From: Leucoraja erinacea
Lineage: Eukaryota
Assembly: GCF_028641065.1 (NCBI RefSeq)
Contig: NC_073387.1
Coordinates: forward strand, 26,102,001 to 26,166,000
Reading direction: 5' to 3'
DNA: 64,000 nucleotides
Part shown: positions 53,274 through 64,000 of the stretch, in pieces
Layout: every line of letters begins with the position of its first letter
How positions within the stretch are numbered: position 1 is the first letter of the stretch
Made by a program: the position numbers and the translations under genes
The notes under the pieces: generated by a model
Databases searched by the model: none
Told to the model about the DNA's origin: nothing
The model's input: only the letters and a program-made list of their open reading frames with translations

Positions 53274-53308
53274 GTAAACAAACAGAAAATGAACATCTTT
53301 CATCGTAG
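53274..53308 (+). CDS. TIM-like terminal cytoplasmic exon
   Basis: tttgtttctgattcatag acceptor, phase 1, gives CKQTENEHLSS*. AATAAA at 53587 and 53595, possibly within a repeat tail. Confidence 0.65.
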
Positions 53309-54120
53309 AAGTGTTTCATTCATTCTGTAATAGTTCTATGCTTTCTCATCACCACACCATGCACAGCAACCTCTATAGTTCAAGCAGAACATCGAAGGTC
53401 CATTCACCAATGTTCTGCAATCTTTGCTCAGGCTCAAACTTCACTTTTGTGAACAAGAACAGCATGGATTGCAAGAGAGACTCCATATACTGGCTGCTGC
53501 CCCACTCAAAAGGCATTGCGTTAGTGAACTGAAGATTGGTCATATATTTGTATTATTATTTTTATTTAATTCTTTATTTCGAACAGAATAAAAGAATAAA
53601 AAGCCAGTGTGAAACAGCATACAAAAAACAAAACAAGAGTATTTATAAAGTGTCATAAACATATCTATAAATAAATGAAATTGTATGTGTCCGAAAAGGA
53701 GCAGGAAGAAGCCAAAGCTTATCAATTCCCACTCCTTATTCAACTGCTTATAATTGTAAATAAGTTTGTTTGTATGAACTTTTCTTCTGGGGTTCTGCTC
53801 TGTGACAGTGTACCCAAAGTAGCAGGTCATTGCTTAACTAATATGCTTCGATGTAATTGAGGCTGGCTTCAGCAGACATTTGCAAGTGTAAATATAAGAG
53901 AGTGTATAGAAGTACTCATTAACTACGCGTACTTTTAGTGTACTGATAACTTTTCTCAATCAAAGCATCTTTGTTGTGCTAATGTTTGCAGAACAAACAT
54001 GCCTATATTAGGCGAGAAGGACAATTGATAAAGAAATTGGCAATCAAAATGTCATGGTTATTATTTTTAATTTATAGGTAAAGTGGGCTTAGGCACATGG
54101 AGCAACTTGTGAAGAGCATA

Positions 54121-54365
54121 TACAGTGCATTCAGAATGTATTCCGACCACTTCACTTTTTCCAGATTTTGTTGCGTTACCCCCATTATTTTAAAATGGAT
54201 GAAATACTTTTTTTTCATCATCAATCTACACACAATACCCCAGAATGAAGAAGCAAAAACAGGTGTTTAGAAAATTTTGCAAAGTAATTAAAAATAAATA
54301 ACTGAAATATCACATTTACATAAGTATTCAGACACTTTAAACTCAGTGCTTTGTTGAGGCACCTT
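54121..54365. mobile_element. Tc1-like terminal fragment
   Basis: TA/CAGTGCATTCAGAATGTATTC terminus with an internal repeat aagtattcagac, typical of IR/DR Tc1 ends. Confidence 0.6.
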
Positions 54366-55486
54366 TGATATACACCAGTTAATGTATATTGGTATAAATG
54401 TATATCATGTATTACATGTATAAATGGTTCTTACTTTCGGAAACATGGTTAATTAACTGGTGGCATTATTCCCTGTCCTAATGGCCTTTGTTTTAGCTGG
54501 TGATTACATCTAATCCATCCCTCCCTTCCAAAGATGTGGGATTTCAATTTGAGCGCACTTGTTTGAATAGATGCAAGCGGCATGTCCAGCCTCTCTCCTG
54601 GGCGCGCAATACACGAGGCCGATGAAATGACACAACTGTCACACCAAAGATAGATACAAAATGCTGGAGTAACTTAGCTGAAGAGGCAGCATCTCTGGAG
54701 AGAAGGAATGGGTGGCGTTTCGGGTCGAGATCCTTCAGATGCACGCTGAAGAATGGTCTCGGCACGAAACGTCATCCAAACCAGCAAAGTATTAAAAAAA
54801 AACAAGTAAATTGGCAAAATATACAAACTGGGATAATAGAGCTTGTACATAAAGGATGGAGAGAAGAAACTCAAGTAAATGTCAGGGGACGACCTGTAGA
54901 TTTGCTCCGACATTGTACACATTGGAAGCACCAAACTGGGTTTCACCAAGTTGATTTCTGTGATAAATGGGTTTGCTTGAAGGAAAGATTGAAGTTTAGA
55001 TGAATGAGAGATGATATGAATGAATCACACGATTGAAGTGGCTTGGCAAAGAAAATGTTTACCCTCACAGAAGAGCCTCAAATAAGATGAGCATGACGAG
55101 GAATGTTTTTCTTTCAGTGGACTTTGAAATTCTTTATCCCAAAGTACTGTGGAAGTTATAACAAGGAATATTATGAAAACATAGATGGATAGATTTTTGT
55201 TTGGGAGGAGAGCAAAGGGATATAGAAAAAAGACAGGATGGTGATGTCCAAAATCAATTTAGCCTTGATGCCATCTAATGCTGAAACAAGATTGAGACAC
55301 CGCAGCCTACTCTTGCTTCTATTTCTTGATCTTAATCACAAAAAGAAGGGTATGCCACTTGTCTCTAAATACATGCAGATGTTTAGTACATAATGAAATT
55401 CTGTTAAACATTTGTAACTAAATTAAATTCGCATTAACCTCAAAATTGCACTCAGTAAAAGGAATGAGTATGAACTTGAAAATTAC

Positions 55487-55604
55487 CTTACGGAAGTTAC
55501 CTCCTGTACAGAATTCCATCGCAAGTAGAGGGACATCATTAAAGGCAATACCCTGCATTTCTTCGGGAACTTCACGAGTTTTAACAACATTTGCATTATT
55601 TAAC
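55487..55604 (-). pseudogene. CHUK: CHUK/IKK-alpha-like coding exon 3 (kinase subdomains IV-V)
   Basis: Encodes LNNANVVKTREVPEEMQGIAFNDVPLLAMEFCTGGNFRK, matching IKK-alpha LNHxNVV...PLLAMEYCxxGDLRK. aag acceptor, AAG/GTAATT donor, phase 2-0. Confidence 0.8.
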
Positions 55605-56218
55605 CTTTTTTGGGACAAGACAACAGAAATGATCTTCAGATACCCCTTACACAAGTCAAATGCATCTAAATGGTAGGAGATAGAAAAACTGTGAAAACAC
55701 AATTAACGTTATTAAATGTAATTCTACTATAGTCCTTGTATGCAAACTGAAACAAAAAATAATCCCAACTGCAAAGCAATTCTTATCTCTCGAAAATTAA
55801 ATTGTCTGAATTTTACACTTGAGATTTAACAATACAAAGAAAATTGCCTATTATTGACAAAGAAGAGAGGAACAATTTGTTAGCAGGTTCAGTAGAAATA
55901 AGCAAAAATACATGGTTTAATTTAGTATAGTTTAGAGATATAGCACGGAAACAGGCACATCGGCCCACCGAGTCCTCGCTGACCAGTGATCCCCGTACAC
56001 AAGCACTATCCTACACACTAAGGACAATTTACAATTGTTACCAAAACCAAATTAGTCTACAAACCGGTACGTCTTTGGAGTGTGATGCATCCGGGGAAAA
56101 CCCAGAGGATCACAGGGAGAACGTACAAACTCCATACACATAGCACCCGTAGTCAGGATTGAACCCGGGTCAATCGGGTTTATCATTGGAAAACCTCACT
56201 TCTTGATCTTGAGAAATA

Positions 56219-58247
56219 TAGTGCCCTCCATAATGTTTGGGACAAAGACCCATCATTTATTTATTTGCCTCTGTATTCCACAATTTGAGATTTGTAATCG
56301 AAAAAAAATCACATGTGGTTAAAGTGCACACAGTCAGATTTTAATAAAGGCCATTTGTATACATTTTGGTTTCAGCATGTAGAATTTACAGCAGTGTTTA
56401 TACATAGTCTCCCCATTTCAGGGCACCACAATGTTTGGGACACAACAAAGTCATGTAAATGAAAGTAGTCATGTTTAGTATTTTGTTGCATATCCTTTAC
56501 ATGCAACAACTGCTTGAAGTCTGTGATTCATGGACATCACCAGTTGCATGATGTCTTCTGATGTCTTCTCTGCTGATGCTCTGCCACGCCTGTATTGCAG
56601 CCATCTTTCGCAAGAATGATCCCAAACATACTGCTGAAGCAACAAGGGCATTTTTCAAAGCTAAGATAATGTCAATTCTTGAGTGGCCAAGTCAATTACC
56701 TGATCTGAAGCCAATTGAGCATGCCTTTTATATGCTGAAGAGAAAACTGAAGGGGACTATTACAAATCTCAAATTGTGGAGTACAGAGGCAAATAAATAG
56801 ATGGTGGTTCTTTTAAAAAAAATATATATATATATTTATTAGAAGTACAGTAAATTACAGTACCCCTGTAGTACAAGCCAAATATATCTTATTATATTTA
56901 ATGTACCCCTTCATTTTTTAAGCTTTAAGGAAAGATAGAAATAAAGAAAGTAGAGAAAGTGAGAGAAAGTTGTGTTAGTGTAAAAGAGTGATCAATAAAA
57001 AAAACCCCATTAGTTAGGGAAAAGAGATAAGAAATAGACCCCAGAAAAGAAAGAAAGGAAAAAAAATAAAAAAGCAAAAGCTCTATTATGAAAAGCGCAC
57101 AAAAGGGAAATACCAACTTCGTATTTTTCCTCCCCCCTTACCAGATCCTGACACCATTTCTTTTTTGAAGTACTGATGCACCTTATTCTTGTAGTAAGTT
57201 GACAAATGCAGACCAACGTCTTTTGGAAGTGGTCTGATTTGCCTGCAAGGAGGAGTCTCATATCTACCAGGTGTAATGTTTCAAACATGTTTGAAATCCA
57301 CATATTTATTGTTGGTATAGGAGCGTTCTTCCAGAATTTAAGTATAAGCTTTTTTCCCCATTATTAGCCCATAATTAAATAGATTCTTTTGAAACACATT
57401 TAGTTCACGGCTACCTTCCATTGTTCCAAAGATAATCCATTCAGGTTTTGGTATCAGTTTTATTTTTAATAATTTTGTGAAGATTTCAGAAATTTCAGAC
57501 CAGAATATTTGAATTTTTATACAAAAAGCAAATAAGTGCGCTATAGTAGCTTCTTGAGATCGGCATTCATCACAAATAGGTGAGATGTTAGGAAAAAGTT
57601 TACTTATTTTGGTTTTTGAATAGTATAATCTGTGTAAGATTTTGAATTGAATTAGAGTGTATTTTACGTTAATCGAGCATTTATGCACATTTTGTAAATG
57701 TTTATCCCACCTCTCTTTTGAAATTTTTATAGCTAGAACTTGTTCCCAGTCTCATCTAATGATGGTATTTCTATATTTAAAATGATGTTATACAAGTATG
57801 ATATTAAGTTTGCTGATTCAGCCTTTGTCTTCATTGCTTCATCCAGTAAATCTGGTGGCATATTATAATAATCTTGTGTATATTTTTTCAGATAGTCAGA
57901 TATTTGAAAATATTTAAAGTAGTGGTTATTTCTCAAATTATATTTTAATTGTAATTGTTGGAATGATAATAATTTTCCATTTTCATACGTCTCCGAGCAT
58001 TTTAATTCCTATTCTGTCCCATTGTGTAAATGATTTATCTATAATAGAGGGTTTAAACGACGGGTTATTAACTATTGGAGATAACAGAGATAGATTTCTT
58101 AATTTTAGGTCATGTTTTATTTGTTTCCAGGTTCTAATTGTACTGTGTATAATTGGATTTTTATTATAATTTGTGTTATTCAAGTTATTCAAGAGGAGGA
58201 TCGCTCAAATGGTGGTTCTTTGTCCCAAACATTATGGAAGGGCACTG
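56219..58247. mobile_element. Rearranged Tc1 transposon with nested L1
   Basis: TIRs (c/t)agtgccct...ccataatgtttgggacaaag with TA at both flanks. Transposase remnant NDPKHT...WPSQLPDLKPIEH on + and the C-terminus on -. Confidence 0.88.
56814..58208 (-). mobile_element. 5'-truncated L1-clade LINE
   Basis: ORF2 C-terminal LIQFKILHRLY...CDEC...HLFAFC zinc knuckle; 13-bp TSD atggtggttcttt at 56801-56813 and 58209-58221. Confidence 0.88.
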
Positions 58248-59289
58248 TAGCTGGGCGCACACTGTACAAAAGACACAAGGAACTACAGATGCTGGTTTAC
58301 AAAAAATATAAGGCACTGGAGCAACTCAGCAGGACAGGCGACATTGCTGAAAGACATGGACAGGTGACGTTTCAGGTTGGGACCCTTCAAAAAGCTACAA
58401 CAACATCCTTGCTTTAAAGGATAGATGTGATTAAAATATATCTACATCCCCTAAGCTAAAAAGGATACAATTTCTCCCAGAAATGTGGAAAATTCCCCCT
58501 CCTAAGCTAATTAACACTCCATTCAACTCTCAATAACATTAATTGCTTTCAAATGTAATCAATAACCAAAACCTGAATTTCACAACCATGAGGAGAGTGA
58601 CTTCCCTTGACATTACTCCATCAATTGTATTATCAAGGAGCTCTGGTAAAATTGGAAGTCATGGAAATCAAGCAAAAACCTGGTGGAGAATGGCTGCAGA
58701 AGAGCAATCACTTCCCATCGAGAAAAAACTCTCGGGGCTTACGTGTCAACCGTCTTTCTGTCAGTTCCATACATTGGGAACTTTATTTTTCTCTCTGAGA
58801 AATAATTTCAATTTAAAATGATCAGACTGAAGGGTTTCGGCCCGAAACGTTGCCTATTTCCTTCGTTCCATAGATGCTGCTGCACCCACTGAGTTTCTCC
58901 AGCATTTTTGTGTACCGATAGCTTGCTGGTAGCTGCCCAATCAGCTTAAGTACATAGATATATTGAAAGAATCATCGCTTCGCAAGTTTGATCACAACAT
59001 TACTGATCTAAATTACAAAGGTTTCTGTCACACAGATACTGGGAAGAAGGGGAAGAAAAGCAACACAAACCGGAATGTAAAAACAGGAGATTTCAAATTT
59101 TGTCATGACGAACATCTATCGATGGATTAAAATCTACAACAATAAAGGCCTAGGAGAAATTAGTCCCCTGAAATAGCATATTAACAGTTGGTCAAAGAAA
59201 CTGAAAGAAGGAGGTTTTTGTATCTGTCTCATGCTTGTTTTATTAAAGTATACCAGAAAGGTTAGACTAACTGTATATATAGAATGTAC

Positions 59290-59394
59290 CTTATGTTCGT
59301 ACATATAGACATGTCCAAAGCCCCCTGCTCCAAAGTGTTCCTTTAGATCCCAAGGCCCACTTGTCTGAACCTGCCTAAAGGGGGGCTTCTCCAT
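59290..59394 (-). pseudogene. CHUK: CHUK/IKK-alpha-like first coding exon (exon extends to acceptor at 59415)
   Basis: Encodes MEKPPFRQVQTSGPWDLKEHFGAGGFGHVYMYEHK (105 nt, Gly-rich loop). AAG/GTACAT donor; upstream tttcag acceptor. Confidence 0.8.
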
Positions 59395-59759
59395 TCTCGG
59401 TCAGAATCTTCAACACTGAAATTACAAAAATACTAACTTATCATTGAAGCCTTATAAGAAATTTAAATCACAAATAAAACAAACAAAATTAATTGAAACA
59501 CTGCCCAATACAGTTTCTACTTCAACCTTTCTTTCTCAACTGCATTTCTAACAGTAAATGGCAAAGATTAAGGCTGCAAGTGAGAATAGCAGTGGAACCT
59601 TAACTCAAGTCAGGGGAAAATAAAATGATGATCCACAGAATTGTGGTCTTCAAACAGCCCACATGTATTGTTGATTTTCCCCTATGCAGTGAATATTCAT
59701 TTCCCATGAAAAGTAAGAGTAAGATCTTGAGTTCACTTATGGAAAAATGTTTGGCTACA

Positions 59760-60790
59760 GGTCAAGACCCTTTTTCCGACTGAGAGTCAGGGAAGAGGGA
59801 AACTAGAGATATGGAAGGGATGGTTCATTATTGGCTGAAGGGAAGGTATCAACGAAGCATGCGAACAGTAAAATTAATCAGGAGGACAGTGCTGGGATTG
59901 AAACAGGCATAGGTGGAGATTAGGTATTCTGCCCTGAATAATTAACATATTTTTCCAGAGATGCTCTCTGACCTGTTGAGGTACTCCAGCTTTTTGTGTC
60001 TATCTTCTGCCTTTTAAAAATATCTGCTGTTTTGCACACCATTTATTTACCACTACAAAGTACAATAACAGAGTTAAGAGCTGGTGGAAGCAGCACCAGG
60101 AAGGGGGCGTGAAAGAGGTGATTGGTTCAGGAAGACAGACACTAAATGCTGGAGAAACTCAGCAGGACAGGCAGCATCTCTGGAGAGAAGGAATGGATGA
60201 CACTTCGGGTCAAGACCCTTCTTCTGACTGGGAGTCAGGGGAGAGGGAAACTAGAGATATGGAAGGGATGGTTCATTATTGGCTGAAGGGAAGGTATCAA
60301 CGACGCATACGAACAGTAAATTTAATCAGGAGGACAGTGCTGGGATTGAAGCTGGAATACTGACGGATAAGCCTGAAGGAGGACATGCAAACTCCACACA
60401 CACAGATCAAAACAGATGATGATCAAGCAAATGTAGAATCGTTCATTGTTTGCTGTGGGGAAGGTGACAACTATACATACAATCAGTAAAGACGTTGAAG
60501 ATCGAGATCTTGACTCGAAACGTCACCCAATCCTTCTCTCCAGAGATGCTGCCTGTCCCGCTGAGTTACTCAAGCTTTTTGTGTCTATCTTCGGTTTAAA
60601 CCAGCATCTGCATTTCCTTCTGAAACAATCAGTTAAAGTAACCAGGGGGACAGTTAAACTAGTTAGAGAATTAGGATGGGAGAGGGACAGAATGGGAAAG
60701 CCAGAGTTACTCAGGGATCGGCCTGAAGGAGGACATGCATCCTCCACACAGACAGCATTCCCAGGCTGGGATTGAACCCGCAACCCTGCG
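59760..60790. repeat. Local direct duplications of Penelope/SINE-derived sequence
   Basis: 59760-59900 is repeated at 60209-60350, and the unit cctgaaggaggacatgc recurs at ~60372, ~60722 and ~61826. Confidence 0.7.
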
Positions 60791-60799
60791 GCCTGAAGG

Positions 60800-61825
60800 T
60801 AGGTATGTTACAAAACTTACCTTCAGTGGCGCTGCAGTTCTGCCACTGACCGTGTGTGTGATTTTGGCGCCTTTGAGGGGAAGGGGGGGAGGTGGGGTTA
60901 AAATGCAGTTTTCTCCTACCTGTCCTGGATTATATTTTCTCGGATTTCAAGCTTTGGCTGAACAATTGTTCCGACGGCCGTTCTGTGAATTTTTTTTTTA
61001 AATCGCCCGACAAGTTCAGCGCTGGAGTAATTTAAAAATCAGTTTCTAAAGCCGTCAACACCGACCACGGGGACGGATTTCACGTACGGGACAGGTAAAG
61101 GAAAGCCGTTTATTTTATGTATAAAAGTGCTCCTTAAGATGCCTTTATTTCACATTTTACATTGCGAAACGGTGATTTTTTCCCCATACGAACTGGCAGT
61201 ATTTTTCCTGCCGATATGGTGTTTAAATTCACCGCAACCGCAACGTTCCAAATGATCGTGTTCCAGAAAATCCCACTCGCAAGATTTAAATGGCCATTAA
61301 TTTACAGGTATTAAACATTAAATTCCTTCTATTTGGCCTATAAATCCATGACAATGAGATTTAAAAATCATGTTATATTGTGAATTCTTGTGTGTATGTT
61401 ATTTGGACACTTTGGCTATTTAAAAATGTTAATATTTTCTTAAGAAATGGATAGATGTTTAGATCTAGTAATTGAATTATATAATTAGCTCTATTTGGGT
61501 AACTAACTAATTATATGCTTTAATTTCAGGTCATCCAAGTAAGATTGTTTCATATTTGTTTCAGAATGCTTCAATCCATAATAACTGAAAATATCAGAAA
61601 GTTATGGGCTTTTGACTGTCCTTGATCACAGCTTTTGTGTTAGGTCAGTGGAAAAGCAATAGGGAACAATATGCTAATTTCCGAGTATGAAAATGGCCAT
61701 AACGTTTTTAATACTGAAGAAAAGAAAGTGAGTTAGGTGTCAAATTAAACTTCTTTTTATGCCTTATCTGATGGGATAAATTGCAGACTTGATTTTTAAA
61801 ATCTCAAAATGTTCTAACATTGCTA
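60800..61825. mobile_element. Non-autonomous TIR element, copy 2 (7-bp TSD)
   Basis: Same termini and internal sequence as 12521-13559, with direct repeat CTGAAGG on both flanks. Confidence 0.85.
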
Positions 61826-61889
61826 CTGAAGGAGGACATGCAAACTTCACACAGACAGTGCCCCCAGGCTGGGATTGAACCCGAGACTC

Positions 61890-62170
61890 CGGCAGATCGG
61901 CCTGGAGCCGTGGGTGGTGTCCGCGGCAGGAAGGTGAGCGTCAGGTGGGGCCTTGGGGCAGAGGGGCGGGGGGGGGGGGGAGAGCCGCGCTCGCCGGACC
62001 TACCTACCTCCAGTGGGGGGGGGGGGGGGGGGGGGGGGGGGCTACCGCCGCTGCCGTCACCGTTACCGTCACCGCATCCCGTCCACAACCATCTCCCGCG
62101 CCTGCGTCATCGCCCGTCCCAGGCATGCTAGGAGTTGGAGTCCAAATCACTGCGCCTGCGCGTTCACCCT
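61890..62170 (-). promoter_or_regulatory. CpG-island promoter and probable non-coding first exon of the CHUK-like gene
   Basis: CpG-dense, NRF1-like TGCGCCTGCGC at 62151-62161, and a minus-strand donor GAG/GTAGGT at 62008/62007 that could join the acceptor at 59415. Confidence 0.6.
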
Positions 62171-62229
62171 TCAGTGAAACAACGAGTTTCGACCTGTGCA
62201 TTGTCCTCACTTTGTATCTTTTGTTTTTA

Positions 62230-63400
62230 ATCGCAAGCCAGTATCTGCAGTTCCTATTGTGTAGGAAGGAACTGCAGATGCTGGTTTAAACCGAAGACAT
62301 ACACACAACAAGCTGGAGTTAGATAGAGCTCTAAGGGCTTTGGGGAGTCAAGGGATATGGTGAGAAGGCAGGCACGGGTTATTGATTGGGACGATCAGCC
62401 ATGATCACAATGAATGGCGGTGCTGGCTCGAAGGGCTGAATGTTCTCTTCCTCCACCCATTTTCTATGTTTCTATGTAACTCAGCAGGTCAGGCAGCATC
62501 TCTGGAGAGAAGGAATGGGTATTTTTTCTGGTCGAGACCCCATGAGTCTGAAAGCAAAGATACTAGATCTTTGGTCTGAAGAAGGGTCTCGGTCTCGACC
62601 CGAAACATCATCCATTCCGTCTCTCCAGAGATGCTGTCTGGCCTGCTGAGTTACTCCAGCGTTTTGTGTCTACCATCTGTAGTTCCTATTGATATGTCTT
62701 CGTCATTTTGTTCATGTTTTGACCAGAGGAAGAGACTGAAGATGTTGGTTTACGATTAAAAAAAAGACACAAAGTTCAGACAATGCACACATGCGTACAT
62801 TGAAACTCATTGTTTCAATTAGTTGGTTCAACCAGCACCTGCATTTCATATTGATGTTTATTTATCATTTCGTTCATGTTTTGACCAAATGAAAGAACTG
62901 CAGATGCTGGTTTACACCTGACCACGTCTCGACCCGAAACGTCATCCATTCCTTCCATCCAGAGATCCTGCCAGTCCCGCTGAGTTACTCCAGCATTGTG
63001 TGTCTTATAGCGGGAACTCACAATGAGTTTCAGTGTTTGTTTGTGTGCATTTGTATTTTTTTTGTTAATCGTAAACCAACATCTGCGATTCCTACTGATT
63101 TTTCTTCATTATTTCGTTCATGTTTTAAGCAAAGGAAGGAACTGCAGATGTTGGAACTGCACAAAATGCTGGAGCAACTCAACGGGACACGCAGCATCTC
63201 TGGAGAGAAGGAATGGGTGACGTTTCGGGTCGAGACCCGTTGCTGTCTGTTCCGATGAGCTACTCCAGCTTTTCGTGTCTATCTTCGGTGTAAACCAGTA
63301 TCTACAGTTCCTATTGGTGTTTCTTCGTCATTTCGTTCATGTTTTGAACAAAGGAAGGAACTGCAGATGCTGATTTACTCAATGATGCAGGGGTTTACTT
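62230..63400. repeat. Tandem array of composite Penelope/SINE-derived units
   Basis: The motif tcatttcgttcatgttttga...gaactgcagatgctgg recurs at ~62700, ~62865, ~63110 and ~63328. Confidence 0.65.
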
Positions 63401-64000
63401 TTTTTAAAATAGAACAATTGCAAAATCTGAAGCAGAAGGGTGAGCATGCACAAAAACACTGTTCAGCAGCCCATTAGGAGAAATACAAATCGACTTTTCT
63501 TACTATTATTGCCCTTCAGGATTAGAAAAAAACCAAGACTTTCAAATAAGATTTTCATCATATGTACCTATCCGTATTTGTACAGGTGGCAATAGGCTTG
63601 ACGACGTATAATTTGCCTAATATTGTTTCGTTCGACGATAAAAAAAAAAAACAAAGCTTGGAAATAAGAAAAGGACGACAGGCAAAAAGGATACCTGCGA
63701 GACTGAAATACTGAGAGGATAATTTAAAGACTGCAGATGCTGGAAACTGGAGCAACGCAAAAGTTGTTCCAGGAACGTCAGCGGGCAGCATCTGTGGAGG
63801 CAAAAGGATAGTCGATGTTTTGGGCTAAGATTCTGCATCAGGAGATCGTTCAGTTAGATTGCTCATAGAATCCATTACAGGCTTCTGTCAGCTGAACTAG
63901 CACAAACCAACTCTGCACAAAGTGCTGGTGGAACAATACGTCAGCAGCATTTGTGGAGGGAATGGACCAGCGATATTTTGAGTTAGGACCCTTCACACCA

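Noticed and set aside
58570-58800. Possible CHUK exon 2 candidates (tggttgtgaaattcag; a 50-52 nt ag..gtaag segment)
   Set aside because: The translations do not resemble the IAIKxCR...WxxEIQIM motif, and the sizes and phases do not fit.

Overview
Vertebrate genomic DNA, most likely a cartilaginous fish. This is inferred from the repeat content: CR1-clade LINEs with GAAACATA-type tails, V-SINE-like elements and many Penelope-derived short repeats. The window holds three loci in a transposon-dense background. (1) The 3' end of FAM193B (+), with a GC-AG intron and a candidate extra 63-nt exon. (2) A TIM/HAVCR-family receptor locus (+) with an unusual layout: two complete leader+IgV cassettes (22.4-23.2 kb and 36.7-37.9 kb) and a decayed third IgV remnant lie upstream of a single set of mucin, transmembrane and cytoplasmic exons. 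All splice phases are compatible, so either cassette gives a 229-aa protein. That protein has an arginine in its transmembrane segment and a ~15-aa tyrosine-free tail, the layout of adaptor-coupled activating receptors. The two IgV domains differ mainly in their ligand-binding loops. (3) A CHUK/IKK-alpha-like gene (-) with a CpG-island promoter and recognisable coding exons 1 and 3, but no recognisable exon 2 or downstream exons, so probably a truncated paralogue or pseudogene. Mobile DNA includes nested CR1, L1, Penelope (with minimal hammerhead-ribozyme cores), Tc1, a canonical non-autonomous Helitron and a two-copy TIR element with 7-bp TSDs. There is a 355-N assembly gap at 40181-40535. 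All alignments and counts were done by eye, and repeat boundaries are approximate unless a TSD is cited.
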